Shown: positions 1 to 10,755 of the stretch, piece by piece | How the letters are laid out: each line of letters opens with the position of its first letter | Position numbering within the stretch: the stretch's first letter is position 1 | Origin: Candidatus Adlerbacteria bacterium | GTDB lineage: Bacteria > Patescibacteriota > Minisyncoccia > Phycocordibacterales > SBAW01 | Direction: 5' to 3' | DNA length: 64,000 nt | Assembly (NCBI GenBank): GCA_963749085.1 | Contig: CAVVLG010000002.1 | Span: forward strand, 229,033 to 293,032 | Made by a program: the position numbers and the translations under genes | Notes under the pieces: model-generated | Databases searched by the model: none | What the model was told of the DNA's origin: nothing | The model's input: only the letters and a program-made list of their open reading frames with translations

Positions 1-306
1 GTGATCATCGTCCTCTCTCTCGTGCAGCTCGGGGTGTGGTATCTGTTCCAATTGTGGCTTATGAAGTTTTACAAGGAAAAGGACCTATGGGACTGGCTCC
101 TGAGAGCCACCTTGGTTCCTGAATTTTTATACAGCTACCTCATGACCCTGGCACTTCTCGGCGCCTATCTCTTTTTCTGTTTTAACGTCCTTACCCGTAC
201 CCTGGGTATGAAGAGTAGATCATCCGGCAGGCGACTGCTGAAGATTGGTACCCTAGCGTTTCGCGCCTGTGGCTATACCGAGGGTTGGGGCACCCGCGCA
301 CAGTAA
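1..306 (+). CDS. C-terminal membrane part of a glycosyltransferase (probably GT2), truncated by window edge
   Basis: Hydrophobic helices with PEFLY motif typical of processive GT2 C-termini; lies at the edge of a glycan locus. Confidence 0.45.
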   Translation: MIIVLSLVQLGVWYLFQLWLMKFYKEKDLWDWLLRATLVPEFLYSYLMTLALLGAYLFFCFNVLTRTLGMKSRSSGRRLLKIGTLAFRACGYTEGWGTRAQ

Positions 307-310
307 TGCT

Positions 311-517
311 ATGTTCAACGGCACCACAGCACTCGGAACTTCAATACTCCCTTTGGGAATGTTTGCGGGCTTCTTGCTCTTGCATTCAGGAAATTTTTGG
401 ATGGCAGTCTGTTTTTTAGTGCTCACCGGCATCTCTTTTTTCATCACCATGACTACCCTGTGCCGCTACTTCATCAACTATCGACGCAATAGGGATGCAG
501 TAACGAAGCGGGTATAG
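311..517 (+). CDS. small two-TM membrane protein
   Basis: ATG 4 nt after upstream stop; two hydrophobic segments and a basic tail. Confidence 0.5.
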   Translation: MFNGTTALGTSILPLGMFAGFLLLHSGNFWMAVCFLVLTGISFFITMTTLCRYFINYRRNRDAVTKRV

Positions 518-543
518 CGTGCAGTGGAACCCCAAGTCTTTGG

Positions 544-756
544 TTAGTCTTTGAGCATGCGCCACACAAAAAAGGAGACCATCGACACGATGAAGCTCAG
601 CGCACCGAAAGTATCCTCGCGAGGCCAGGGAGCAAAGTGCGTGAGTGGCAGCGAGAGGGTCCACATATGAAACTCCGAGTTCAAGACGATGTAGAACCAC
701 CCGGCAAAACCGAACACACATAACGTCAGCGCAAGGTTTTGTATACACTTCTTCAT
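544..756 (-). CDS. small two-TM membrane protein
   Basis: 70-aa ORF directly downstream of the glycoside hydrolase; two hydrophobic segments. Confidence 0.5.
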   Translation of the reverse strand: MKKCIQNLALTLCVFGFAGWFYIVLNSEFHMWTLSLPLTHFAPWPREDTFGALSFIVSMVSFFVWRMLKD

Positions 757-759
757 GAG

Positions 760-2130
760 CTACTGCAGTGTACTACGTGACGCGATGGCCTGCATCAGCG
801 CTTGATACGCGGGCTTCTGCGAGCCGTCGTAGCGCAGAATGCCGAAGAAGTTTTCGTTGGTGCTCATACTCGTACCCAAATCTTGATAGCTGTAAATAAA
901 AATCGGGCCCGCCCAGGCATACCCGCCCGCCAGAGTGATCGCGGCGGCTATCATTTGAGCTTGCAGAGCCTCGGTGACATGGTCGGGACTCCCCATAAAG
1001 AACGTGTCGCTCGTGCTACTCTCGAGCGCTCCGGGACCCCCGGTGGGCGCCCCGTACTCGGTCATCCATATCTGTTTGTTGCCGTCGCCGTTCGCGATCA
1101 TAACGCTACGCAAACTGGGGTTCGTTTGAGCCATCTGCTGCCATGCGTTCCACTGTGCCGGATAGCCGGGCATCGCGGGATACGAGTACGGATGAAAACC
1201 GACTGCATCGAAGTTGCCCCCTGCCCCATCGGCATAGAGCGCCCCAAGAAAATCAATGGGCGCAATATTGCGACCGTCAGTGGCTTCCGGAGCAAGTCCG
1301 CCGGTGATAACTATCGCGGAAGGATCAGCATTTTTTATCGCCGGATAGGCAGCCTTAAGTAGTTGGGTGTACGCTTGCGCATTTGCCGCCGGCTCCCAAA
1401 AACCAGCATTATTGGGTTCGTTCCATATCTCCCACGTATGGAGACCTTGTGGGGCGAAGTGGTCAACCACTGCCGTTGCAAACTGTGCAAATTGCGAGTC
1501 TTCAGCCGGAGGGCATCTCATTGAAGTGCACCCGCTGATCGCGGCCCACATCGGGGCATACCCCAGAAGACCAAGGATTTGTATGTGCCGCGCATTCGCT
1601 GCCGCAACTATCCGATCATAATTGCCCCAATAATAATGGGCGCTATTGCGTGGTTGTATCGTGCTCCAGTCAAAATCTATTCGTATCCCACCAACCCCGA
1701 GCGAGGCAATGGTATCTAACTCCGCAGTAAGCTCTGCGTTATCAAGCCCAAGAAGCGTACTGCCGAGAGCAAATCCGTAGTCGTCACTCACCGTACTCTC
1801 CGTGCTCGTAGGAGCCAGTACTTGGGAGGGCGCTGCGGCTGGGATCTGCGCAAGTGCAGCCGGAGGCACTACGGCTGGGGTCTGTGCAGGTGAGGGCGCT
1901 GGGGCCGAGATCTGCTGCGGCGCAGCGGGGGGCGCTGCCGGGATCTGCTGCACAGCAGAGGATATAACCGCAGGAGGCGTGTAGGTTTCGGCTGGCTGCA
2001 TGGCATCGGGGGGGTTGGCGTGGGCTGCGGCGACTGCCAGTCCTATAACCAGTAATGCTATGAACACAAAGCCGAGCGTAAGTCTATAGCGCTCCTTGTT
2101 CCCACGCCGTGAAGCACTTTGCATGAACAT
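760..2130 (-). CDS. exported clan GH-A glycoside hydrolase (GH5/GH39-like) with Pro/Ala/Gln linker
   Basis: WEIWNEPN acid/base and IWMTEYG nucleophile motifs, FHPY, FGILRYDGSQKPAY; N-terminal TM/signal; start approximate. Confidence 0.85.
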   Translation of the reverse strand: MFMQSASRRGNKERYRLTLGFVFIALLVIGLAVAAAHANPPDAMQPAETYTPPAVISSAVQQIPAAPPAAPQQISAPAPSPAQTPAVVPPAALAQIPAAAPSQVLAPTSTESTVSDDYGFALGSTLLGLDNAELTAELDTIASLGVGGIRIDFDWSTIQPRNSAHYYWGNYDRIVAAANARHIQILGLLGYAPMWAAISGCTSMRCPPAEDSQFAQFATAVVDHFAPQGLHTWEIWNEPNNAGFWEPAANAQAYTQLLKAAYPAIKNADPSAIVITGGLAPEATDGRNIAPIDFLGALYADGAGGNFDAVGFHPYSYPAMPGYPAQWNAWQQMAQTNPSLRSVMIANGDGNKQIWMTEYGAPTGGPGALESSTSDTFFMGSPDHVTEALQAQMIAAAITLAGGYAWAGPIFIYSYQDLGTSMSTNENFFGILRYDGSQKPAYQALMQAIASRSTLQ

Positions 2131-2184
2131 GTGAATGCCAGTATAGTTCCACCGTCTAGAATTTGGAAGGGACGGCCTACCATA

Positions 2185-4338
2185 ATGCTTACGCGCGTCA
2201 TACAACATCTGCACCGGGACACCCTTTTGCGCAATTCGATCTATTTGATGCTTGCCACAGCGACCATGGCCGGTTTTGGCTTCTTTTTTTGGCTCATCAA
2301 TGCGCGACTTTTTTCGATCGAAAATGTCGGTTTAGCCACGACGCTCATTTCGGTCATGACGTTAATAGCCACGCTGAGTCTCATCGGATTTAATGCTGCG
2401 TTCGTTCGTTTTCTGCCGAAATCCTCCACCAAGAACGAGCACATGAACACGGGCCTCCTGATGGTAAGCATTGCATCAATCGTATTGGCAGTAGTGTTTA
2501 TTGCCTTCGTCAGGTTTATCTCGCCGCAACTGAGCGTTGTAGAGGAGAATCCGTGGTATGCGCTTATCTTCGTCGTTGCCTGCGTCATGACCGCACTGAA
2601 TATTCTGACTGACTCTATTTTCTTGGCGAACAAGCAGGCGAAGTTCACCCTTATCATCGACGCCCTGTTCAGCCTCTTTAAGATGCTCGCCCCGTTCGCG
2701 TTCATTGGCTTCGGGGCTATAGGTATTTTTACCGCGGCGGCGCTGGCGCAAACACTCGGTACCATCCTCAGCATCGCGGCGATGATCAAGTGGTTTCAGT
2801 ACCGGCCGAAGTTTGTCATCACGCCGGGTGTACTGCAGGGCATCTGGCGCTATTGCGCCGCCAATTACCTCGCCGGGGTGTTTAATCTCTTGCCGGTCAC
2901 GCTGCTCCCGATCATTATCATCAACCATCTGGGGGCCGCATCGGCCGCCTATTATTACATTGCCATGATGATAGCCACCCTGCTCTATGAGATACCGTAC
3001 GCAACCACCAAGTCCCTCTTTGCCGAGGGTTCCCACAACGAGGCATCGCTTAGTGCGAATGCCAAAAAATCGATTCAGATGATCGCACTGCTCTTAATAC
3101 CCGCCACACTGATTCTCTTTGTAGGCAGCGGGGAGCTCTTGCGTATCTTCGGGAGCGCCTACGAGGGCGGCGGTAGCACCTTTTTGCGTCTGCTGGTGGT
3201 GGCGGGCGTCGCCGTGAGCGCCTACTCGCTTACTAACGCTCTCTTCCAGGTCAAAAAGGATTCCCGAGCCATCATTATCGTCAATGTCTGCTACGCCCTT
3301 TCCATCCTCGCCCTCAGCTATCTCCTGCTGCCCTGGGGGTTAACCGGCATCGGCATTGCCTGGATAAGCGGGAATCTTTTCGCCGCCCTCGTCGGCTATG
3401 CACTTGATCGTTGGCAACCGTATGTGGTGGAAGCCGTCGATGCCACAACCCACAATAGGCTCGCTATGCTGCGCTTTAAGCTTCGCTATATGCTGGCGTT
3501 GGTGAGAAACGGCTTCAAACGCAACACCATCCTGTTCTATCCAGATAGCCCCCAGGTGTGGCATATCCTCTATCGGATGTGCCACTCTCTCGGATACCGG
3601 ATATCCAACGATCCGGAGTCCCCCTTTGACCTCGCGATAGCCTTCTGCGACACGACCACAAGGAAAAATGATGCGACGCTACAGCATCTGTCCTTGAAGC
3701 ATACGGTCGTAAACCTTCGCTGCGCTGATATCAGCAAGGAGCATGTTGAAGAAGTATTTACCGAAGTCTTTGGGTATGGGATGTCCATTGACCCACGCAC
3801 GTACCCCGGTCCCTATGTCAAAAAGTCAAATCTCAATAGCACGCATGACGGCACCATTCTACAGGGTCGCTCAGAGCCCAAGGAGGGGTATATCTACCAA
3901 AAGCTCGTCAACAACAGCGCGGGTGACGGCACGTTTAAAGACATCAGGGTCCACATATTTAAGGATCAGATACCGTTTGTGCTTTATCGGTATAAAAGCG
4001 CCACTGACCGCTTTGACGACAATCTTAGAGCCGAATGGGTCGACACCGACAAAGCGCTCAGCCAGGAGGAGCAAAGACAGATCATCCGTTTTTGCCACAC
4101 GTTCGGGCTTGACTACGGCGAGCTCGACGTCCTGCGCGATGCGGATGACGGCAAACTCTATATTGTCGATGCCAACAATACCCCGACCGGCCCGCGCCCG
4201 GGAGTACAGGTAAGCAAAGCGTTCTACCGAGTTTTTTTACACACTCTCTCTCAAACCTTTGCCTCTGAATTCATGGAAGAAAAGCGCCTAGTTATTCAGC
4301 GCAGCGTGGCACACGGCGCTGATACGTCCGGCAACTGA
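2185..4338 (+). CDS. Wzx/PST oligosaccharide flippase fused to a C-terminal ATP-grasp-like domain
   Basis: LLRNSIYLM...GFFFW..AR flippase N-terminus with ~12 TMs, then a soluble domain with YIYQKLV, DIRV and LDYGELDVLRD..DGKLYIVDANNTP. Confidence 0.8.
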   Translation: MLTRVIQHLHRDTLLRNSIYLMLATATMAGFGFFFWLINARLFSIENVGLATTLISVMTLIATLSLIGFNAAFVRFLPKSSTKNEHMNTGLLMVSIASIVLAVVFIAFVRFISPQLSVVEENPWYALIFVVACVMTALNILTDSIFLANKQAKFTLIIDALFSLFKMLAPFAFIGFGAIGIFTAAALAQTLGTILSIAAMIKWFQYRPKFVITPGVLQGIWRYCAANYLAGVFNLLPVTLLPIIIINHLGAASAAYYYIAMMIATLLYEIPYATTKSLFAEGSHNEASLSANAKKSIQMIALLLIPATLILFVGSGELLRIFGSAYEGGGSTFLRLLVVAGVAVSAYSLTNALFQVKKDSRAIIIVNVCYALSILALSYLLLPWGLTGIGIAWISGNLFAALVGYALDRWQPYVVEAVDATTHNRLAMLRFKLRYMLALVRNGFKRNTILFYPDSPQVWHILYRMCHSLGYRISNDPESPFDLAIAFCDTTTRKNDATLQHLSLKHTVVNLRCADISKEHVEEVFTEVFGYGMSIDPRTYPGPYVKKSNLNSTHDGTILQGRSEPKEGYIYQKLVNNSAGDGTFKDIRVHIFKDQIPFVLYRYKSATDRFDDNLRAEWVDTDKALSQEEQRQIIRFCHTFGLDYGELDVLRDADDGKLYIVDANNTPTGPRPGVQVSKAFYRVFLHTLSQTFASEFMEEKRLVIQRSVAHGADTSGN

Positions 4339-5448
4339 CTCCCAGGTGTGTCCTTTCTTGATAAAGGCGCGACCCCGCTCCCCCAACGCATGGCGTTCTT
4401 CTTCGTTATCAATGAGCGCGACGAGTACACGTGCAAGCGCTCGTGGCGACTCCGGCTTAACATACGCAACCGCAGCGCCAAACTCCTCGCGTATGCCGCC
4501 TATGTCAGAGACGACGACCGGCTTAGCGCAGGCAAGGTACTCGTACACTTTAAACGGGGACGTGGCATACGCTCGAACTCTCGTCGGGTAACAGAGACAT
4601 ATATCGACAGCTTGTATATACCGCGGAATGAGGGCGTGCGGAACGGCCGGGCGTAGCTCGATTGATGCGTGTAACTGATTCTGTCTCACAAAGGAGGATA
4701 TGTAGTCATACTCTTTCCCACTACCGACGATAAGAAATTTGCTTTGGGGGCGCTCCCGCAGCACCAACTGTGCCGCCTTTAGGATATACCGCAACCCCTG
4801 CCAGGGATAAAAGCTCCCGATATAGGCTATATACACTCCGGAGCCAAGGCCAACAACGTGGCGGGCACTGGCAGACGTGCCAGGCTGAAAAATAGCTGTA
4901 TCGACGCCATTGTGCACGATGGTTATCGTGGCGGGATCTATCGCGTAGTGCTTAAGTGCGTACGCTTTAATCCCGGGTGCAACCACAATAATTTGTGCCG
5001 CAGATCTGAGGATGAGCGACTCTATCATCTTGAGCACTCCCAGAGTAAGCAGCGCACGACCAATAATGGAGTGAAAGTTTTGCTCCGCTTCGTCCAGCAG
5101 TTTACCATTCATCTCAAGGACGAGAGGAATGCGTGAGAACCTGCTAATGAGGACGGGCACAAACAGCAGGTGGTTGTTTCGCACGTAGATAATGTCCGGT
5201 CTATGGTGGAAGATATCGCGCCGTAGGATAAAAAAGACTCGTACTTGGAACCATACCGAAATCAAAAAACGCGGTGTCGTAATGGACTTCAATCGGTAGC
5301 CGTGAGGCGAGGAGAAGGTGTCCGTCTTCGGCGCATAGAGGGTTACCGCATGCCCAAGAGAAGCCAGCTGTTTGCAAATCTCATCTATATGAATCGTCTC
5401 TACCGAGCTATCATCGAGTATTTCGTTGGTGATGTAATAAATAGTCAT
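4288..5448 (-). CDS. glycosyltransferase family 4
   Basis: HNGVD, YIGSFYPWQG, PFKVYEYLACAKPVV motifs. Confidence 0.9.
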   Translation of the reverse strand: MTIYYITNEILDDSSVETIHIDEICKQLASLGHAVTLYAPKTDTFSSPHGYRLKSITTPRFLISVWFQVRVFFILRRDIFHHRPDIIYVRNNHLLFVPVLISRFSRIPLVLEMNGKLLDEAEQNFHSIIGRALLTLGVLKMIESLILRSAAQIIVVAPGIKAYALKHYAIDPATITIVHNGVDTAIFQPGTSASARHVVGLGSGVYIAYIGSFYPWQGLRYILKAAQLVLRERPQSKFLIVGSGKEYDYISSFVRQNQLHASIELRPAVPHALIPRYIQAVDICLCYPTRVRAYATSPFKVYEYLACAKPVVVSDIGGIREEFGAAVAYVKPESPRALARVLVALIDNEEERHALGERGRAFIKKGHTWESVAGRISAVCHAALNN

Positions 5449-5454
5449 AGCTTC

Positions 5455-7818
5455 TTATCGGTACACGAGCGCACTTCCGTTGTCGTAAATCCGATTTTTA
5501 TTGTCATCAAGAAAGGCCAGCGGGTAGGTATACGAGATATTGTCTCCCTCATAAAAGAGGGACACCGCGTGATTTCGAACGTCAGAAAAACCCAAATAGA
5601 CATACGAGTCTAGTTGGACCACCCCGGGGTAGATATCGTTACTAAGGTTTGCGTCTGCAAAGGTGGAGAGATTCCGGGTCGAATAATAGTCACCCTGGAT
5701 CAGTATCTTGGAAGTGGAGAGCGTGTCTTTTTGTATCTCAGCCGCAAGCCAATCACTACTCGCCACATCAGTGGCATGGATGTAATAGAGCTGATAATAA
5801 TCGCCGGAATTATTGAGATGCAATTGGGCCCCGTATCCTCCCAGCAGTTGGGTAAAGACCCCGGTCGATGAGAGCAGGAACAGTACGGCAAGGATACCCG
5901 CCAATGTTATTCTCGTATCATTTGAAAGACCCACGAATACATACAGACTTCCGACGACGATAAAGATACTCAGAAACATGAGCGATTGCTGAAACGCCCG
6001 GAGCAATCCGTACTCGGTCGAGAGCACCGGCAAGACAAGTTGGGCAAACACAAATACGATGCTGCCGATTGATAAGATAACGTAGTCACTCGCAAGGGGT
6101 TTCCGAAGAAATCGACTGCTCAGGAGGAGTGCGGCAAAGCCAATGATGACCAGCAGTTGCAGTAACCTGGCTGATCCTTGCCGAACCGCAGTATTGAATG
6201 CCACTACATTGATACCCACCTGCTCCATACCGCGGCCAAGCGCGGTTAAGGGCATCACCGGATCGGCTATGACTTCAATGGGATAGTGCTCGTAGGTTGA
6301 TGCGGGATAATAGACCCCGGTAGGAGCGATCGCACGAAACGGTGCAATCACTAATTGGAGATACTGCGCAAAGAGCTGATCGGCATTTGAGGTATGCAAG
6401 GACAGCAAACTGTAACTGGTATCGCTTGATTGGGTGTCTTGTTTGACATTGCTTTTCATGACCGCAATCGTCTCATCAAACACTCGATACAAACTACCGG
6501 ATGCCGTATTGGTCAACGTACTGCTCCATACAAACGTGGCGAGGAGGAGGAGGGCGACCATCCACAGCACGATGCGCTTCTCATCCCTATAGAGTGAGGG
6601 CCGCAGCGCTGCCATCCCTGAGGAGGAAAAAAACTGTAATCGTGAACTGTATTTTTTTGAGAACCAGTGCACGAGAGGCTCGGTCAGTACTAACAGTATA
6701 AGGAGTCCCAGTACGATGTAGGTCGTACTGTAATGAGACAAAATCATACCTAACCCGAGACCGACAAACAGCAGCTGCCTCAACCGAAGCGGAATATCCG
6801 TTTCAAAAATGACATAGATCATAAGGATTAAAAAGAGAAAGGCGATCTCTTGCCTATTAATGAACGGCATATCGCCAAAAAAAGTTGGGAATCCGATGAA
6901 ATAGAGCACAGAAATAAACGCAAGGGTACTGGAGACGTATCGCCTCACCGTCAAATACAGCATACCCGGCAGGGTTGAAAACAGTAACTGGAAGAGCACT
7001 TTAAACACATAGGGATCAAACAAACTGAGCACATTACTAAAGATAGTGGGCAAAATGGTGATACTCAGGCATGCGTTATAGGCATTGCGATAATTGGCGA
7101 TAGACCAGATACCACTCGATGTGGTCAGTTGAAAGACGCTGTATTCTTGCTGAATATCATGACCGGTCGCATACCAGCCACGAAGCGAGGTCATGAGGAG
7201 GAGTGCCAATGACACAAAGAAAAGCGCTATAGGAATGACATTGGGACCGAGTCTCTCGCCCTGCCACACAAGCCACAGGCAATACACTCCTATGCCCATA
7301 AGCATAATGAGTGTCAGAACCCCGCTTGCTCCGTTGTTAAGCCGAATGGCACCGAAGATTGCCATGAGGACAAACGCGATGGGTGCCAAGGCAGTCAGGG
7401 CATCGCGGACACTCCCAAACACCCCGTAGCTCCTAAGCGAGATATGTACCTCTTCCTTAAACTCCCAGATAAACGCTATAAGGGCATTCACCAAAAAAGC
7501 AAACTCCACCAGAAGAGTGGGTCGATCAAGCGGTCGCACTATTCCCAATTGGGGGAGGAGCGTATTGCCTGCTAAGGCTACCAGCATGAGCTCAAGCACA
7601 CTGAAACCTATGGTCAAACCGACGTAGGCCCACAAAGGCAGTCCATTGAGCTCCAAGAGAATGATCGTTAATATTCCGGGGAGACCTATAAGAGTGATAA
7701 ACCCGACAATGTTTAGGACTTGAAATCCGTTGTATTGCGAGGCACTAAGGAATAAAAAAACACCTTCCCACAGCAAGGTATAGATGAGCAGTCTGTTTCG
7801 ATTGAGAGAGAGTCTCAT
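5455..7818 (-). CDS. DUF2206-like multipass membrane protein (possible GT-C polymerase/transferase)
   Basis: ~18 TMs, GHDIQQEY, YNACLSITILP, RQEIA, SHYSTTY, C-terminal IYDNG. Confidence 0.7.
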   Translation of the reverse strand: MRLSLNRNRLLIYTLLWEGVFLFLSASQYNGFQVLNIVGFITLIGLPGILTIILLELNGLPLWAYVGLTIGFSVLELMLVALAGNTLLPQLGIVRPLDRPTLLVEFAFLVNALIAFIWEFKEEVHISLRSYGVFGSVRDALTALAPIAFVLMAIFGAIRLNNGASGVLTLIMLMGIGVYCLWLVWQGERLGPNVIPIALFFVSLALLLMTSLRGWYATGHDIQQEYSVFQLTTSSGIWSIANYRNAYNACLSITILPTIFSNVLSLFDPYVFKVLFQLLFSTLPGMLYLTVRRYVSSTLAFISVLYFIGFPTFFGDMPFINRQEIAFLFLILMIYVIFETDIPLRLRQLLFVGLGLGMILSHYSTTYIVLGLLILLVLTEPLVHWFSKKYSSRLQFFSSSGMAALRPSLYRDEKRIVLWMVALLLLATFVWSSTLTNTASGSLYRVFDETIAVMKSNVKQDTQSSDTSYSLLSLHTSNADQLFAQYLQLVIAPFRAIAPTGVYYPASTYEHYPIEVIADPVMPLTALGRGMEQVGINVVAFNTAVRQGSARLLQLLVIIGFAALLLSSRFLRKPLASDYVILSIGSIVFVFAQLVLPVLSTEYGLLRAFQQSLMFLSIFIVVGSLYVFVGLSNDTRITLAGILAVLFLLSSTGVFTQLLGGYGAQLHLNNSGDYYQLYYIHATDVASSDWLAAEIQKDTLSTSKILIQGDYYSTRNLSTFADANLSNDIYPGVVQLDSYVYLGFSDVRNHAVSLFYEGDNISYTYPLAFLDDNKNRIYDNGSALVYR

Positions 7819-8909
7819 ACCACCTCCCTATAGACGTCTTCGAGTCTATCTATGACCGTGGGCCAGGAGTACTGCCGAGCTTTGTCCACACTTTTTTTAG
7901 AGAGTTCCTGTGCGAGGGAGTTACTTCGTGCCACTGCTTCTATGGCAGAGGCCAGATTGACCGGGGACGGGTCGGCCACGATACCGACCTCCTCGATAAG
8001 CTCGCGGATACCCGCTACGTTGGAGCCAATGACGGGCAACCCGGCCGCCATGGCCTCAAGCAGCACGAGCGGCATACCCTCAATGTCAGAGGGCAAGACA
8101 AACATATCGGCGCTGCGATAGTACTCGAGCAATGCGTCTCCATACTTTTTTCCCACGAACACAATATTTTTCAATCCCAGCTCTTTCGTGAGGCGCTGAA
8201 GCGCAGCGGCCTCTTCCCCATCGCCGACCAATGCAACCTCAACCGGCACGTTAAGCAGCGCCACGGCCTTGATAAGCCTATCGACACGCTTTTGTACGGA
8301 AAAACGACCAACGTATAAAATGCGCGACGGACTATTGAATGCGATTTTGGGCTCACGGGTAAAAAACTGGCTCCTGACCCCATTGGGAATAATGGCGATG
8401 TTGGACGTCGGTACGCGGTATTTTTTTTCAACGAGGAGTGACTGCTCGTCGGAGAATACAATCACTCGTGAGGCACCTCTGAGCAGTGGCCCCCAGAGGA
8501 TCTTTTTATACACCAGGAACAAAGGGCCAAAAAAACCGGAGGGTCCGACGTCAAGATGGAAGTGAACGATATAGGGAATGCTCCGAAGCCGTGACGTCAG
8601 CAGTACCATCTCTGGGTAGTACGCCTGGGAGAGATGCAGGTGCATGAGCGAGCGTGTAGGGAGTGTGAGTAAATGCCACGGCAGGGTCGGGGTCAGCGGG
8701 GTATGCGCAAATTCAACACTGCCCAGTGTTTTTACGGTAAGATGCTCTTGATGACTGCGGTCGCTGCCGACGCCACCTGACGTCAACACCAAGACCGGGT
8801 GACCACGTTTGGCAAGGTAGTGTGAAGTGGTGTGTACCACTTCTTCGAGCCCCCCCATATGAGGCGGGTAATAGGCGCTGACCTGGACGATGAGCGGTTC
8901 ATTGCTCAT
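7815..8909 (-). CDS. glycosyltransferase family 4
   Basis: YYPPHMGGLE, IPNGV, EGMPLVLLEAMAAG. Confidence 0.92.
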   Translation of the reverse strand: MSNEPLIVQVSAYYPPHMGGLEEVVHTTSHYLAKRGHPVLVLTSGGVGSDRSHQEHLTVKTLGSVEFAHTPLTPTLPWHLLTLPTRSLMHLHLSQAYYPEMVLLTSRLRSIPYIVHFHLDVGPSGFFGPLFLVYKKILWGPLLRGASRVIVFSDEQSLLVEKKYRVPTSNIAIIPNGVRSQFFTREPKIAFNSPSRILYVGRFSVQKRVDRLIKAVALLNVPVEVALVGDGEEAAALQRLTKELGLKNIVFVGKKYGDALLEYYRSADMFVLPSDIEGMPLVLLEAMAAGLPVIGSNVAGIRELIEEVGIVADPSPVNLASAIEAVARSNSLAQELSKKSVDKARQYSWPTVIDRLEDVYREVV

Positions 8910-10755
8910 AGGCGCTGTCACGGAGCACATGCATAAAAATCTCGTGGTGTTTCGCCGCTAACGTATGCCAGTTGTACTTAGCTTTGACTTCTTGTAGTCC
9001 GGCCTCAACCAATTTCTCAACGAGGGGCGGATCGCTCAACAAGCGGGTGATTGCCGACGCAAGCGCCGGAGCATCGTTTGATGGTACCAAGAGACCGGTT
9101 TTCTCATGCTCAATGACCCACGGGATGCCTCCGGATATCGAACCGATGACCGGTTTGCCCGACGCCATCGCCTCAATAAGCACCATCCCAAAACTTTCTG
9201 CAGGTGAGAGCGACGGCAACACGAACATCGTGCACTGCTGATATACGGTCGTGAGTTCTGGTGCAGTCACTCTGCCTTTAAAAATCACTTTATCCTGCAA
9301 CCCACGTGCTGCGACAGACGCTTCGTAGGCAGGTCGCATATTGCCGTCACCCCCTATCACGAGCCGGAGATTGGGAAACCGCTCGTGCACCCTATGGAAT
9401 GCCTCTATCAATACGGGCAATCCTTTGTGTTGTTCAGCGCGCGTCAATCCGGCTATAAAGAGAATCGTTTGATGCGGAAGGTCCCAGTAGCCCGGCATAA
9501 AAAGATCAGTATCAACCCCCGGCGTAATGGTGGTACTCTTGTGGACATAGGAGCGTAAAAAACCGAGCCGTACGAAATCAGACGGGCACACGATCGCGGC
9601 GGCCCGTCTCAACTGCCAGTGCATGGGGCCATGTTCATAGAGCCAGATCACTAGGTTGGACAGGACCCCGTGCATCTTTTGCATACTGCCCGTGTGATAG
9701 GTAAGCACCAGGGGGCGCCTCCCCTTGACCACAGCGATGACGTCGCTCATGAACGGCACGGGCGTGTGAGCATTAATAACAGAGATGCGCTCGTTGCGTA
9801 TAATGCGCCGCAGCAACCACGGCCACAAAAAATTGACGGGGGTGTTGGATAGCTTAAACCAATAGGGCACGCGATATACTTTGAGCCCCTTATACTCCTC
9901 CTCCCGCACGCGAAAACCGCGACCACCCGAGGTGGCAATGCACAGCTCCCAGCCGAACTCCTGTTGCAGTCGTGTGGCGATGTTGTAGGCGTACATTTGG
10001 GTCCCGCCGTGATAGGGAGGAAAGTATGGAATGGCAATAAGCAACTTTTGCGCGTGCGGGGCGAGCTCGCCATTATGTACATAGGTAACCTGCGTTCTCC
10101 CTGCAATATACTGCAATACGCGTTCAAGTTTTTCCCAATCATGGTGTACATCGATCTCCCAGGAATGACCCCACAAGTGAAAGATTCCGCCACGCTCAAG
10201 CACCCGGTCAAACATCGCTATGGCGAGATTGTCCCACTGAAAATAGGCAATGGTCTTGGCCGGGTTAAAGTGCGCAAAACGGGCTATCTTCCACAGATCG
10301 GAGAAATGGTTGTACGTATGAATGCTCGTTTGTGCCTCAAGAGAGCGATCCGCCGAAAAGGAATGCCTGTGCACCGTGCGCGCATAGGTGAAGCCGGCCT
10401 CGCGGACCATAGCGACGTGCTTTTGGGTATAGTCCCCGTGGGGATAGCAAAAGGATTTCAGTTGCCTGCGAGTAAGGTTCTCGAGGTATGCCTTTGAGCG
10501 CGTGATCTCCCTGCGTGCCTCGATGTCTGAGAGTTCGGGCAGCGGGTGATGGATCATCGTGTGTGCGCCTATCTCAAACGTCTCGCTTATGTGTTGAATT
10601 TGTGCGGGATCAAGAAGATCGCGTGGAGAAAATTCTACATTATCCGGAGCGATATAAAACGTTCCCTTGATGCCGTATTTCGTAAGTAATGCGGCCACGC
10701 GCAGGTCGAGCACGTGGCCATCATCCCAGCTTGTGGTCACAATCACTTTTTTCAT
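8899..10755 (-). CDS. polysaccharide deacetylase (CE4/NodB) - GT4 fusion
   Basis: TTSWDDG, GAHTMIH, FCYPHG, FHLWGHSWE followed by YFPPYHGG and ESFGMVLIEAMASG. Confidence 0.9.
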   Translation of the reverse strand: MKKVIVTTSWDDGHVLDLRVAALLTKYGIKGTFYIAPDNVEFSPRDLLDPAQIQHISETFEIGAHTMIHHPLPELSDIEARREITRSKAYLENLTRRQLKSFCYPHGDYTQKHVAMVREAGFTYARTVHRHSFSADRSLEAQTSIHTYNHFSDLWKIARFAHFNPAKTIAYFQWDNLAIAMFDRVLERGGIFHLWGHSWEIDVHHDWEKLERVLQYIAGRTQVTYVHNGELAPHAQKLLIAIPYFPPYHGGTQMYAYNIATRLQQEFGWELCIATSGGRGFRVREEEYKGLKVYRVPYWFKLSNTPVNFLWPWLLRRIIRNERISVINAHTPVPFMSDVIAVVKGRRPLVLTYHTGSMQKMHGVLSNLVIWLYEHGPMHWQLRRAAAIVCPSDFVRLGFLRSYVHKSTTITPGVDTDLFMPGYWDLPHQTILFIAGLTRAEQHKGLPVLIEAFHRVHERFPNLRLVIGGDGNMRPAYEASVAARGLQDKVIFKGRVTAPELTTVYQQCTMFVLPSLSPAESFGMVLIEAMASGKPVIGSISGGIPWVIEHEKTGLLVPSNDAPALASAITRLLSDPPLVEKLVEAGLQEVKAKYNWHTLAAKHHEIFMHVLRDSAYEQ

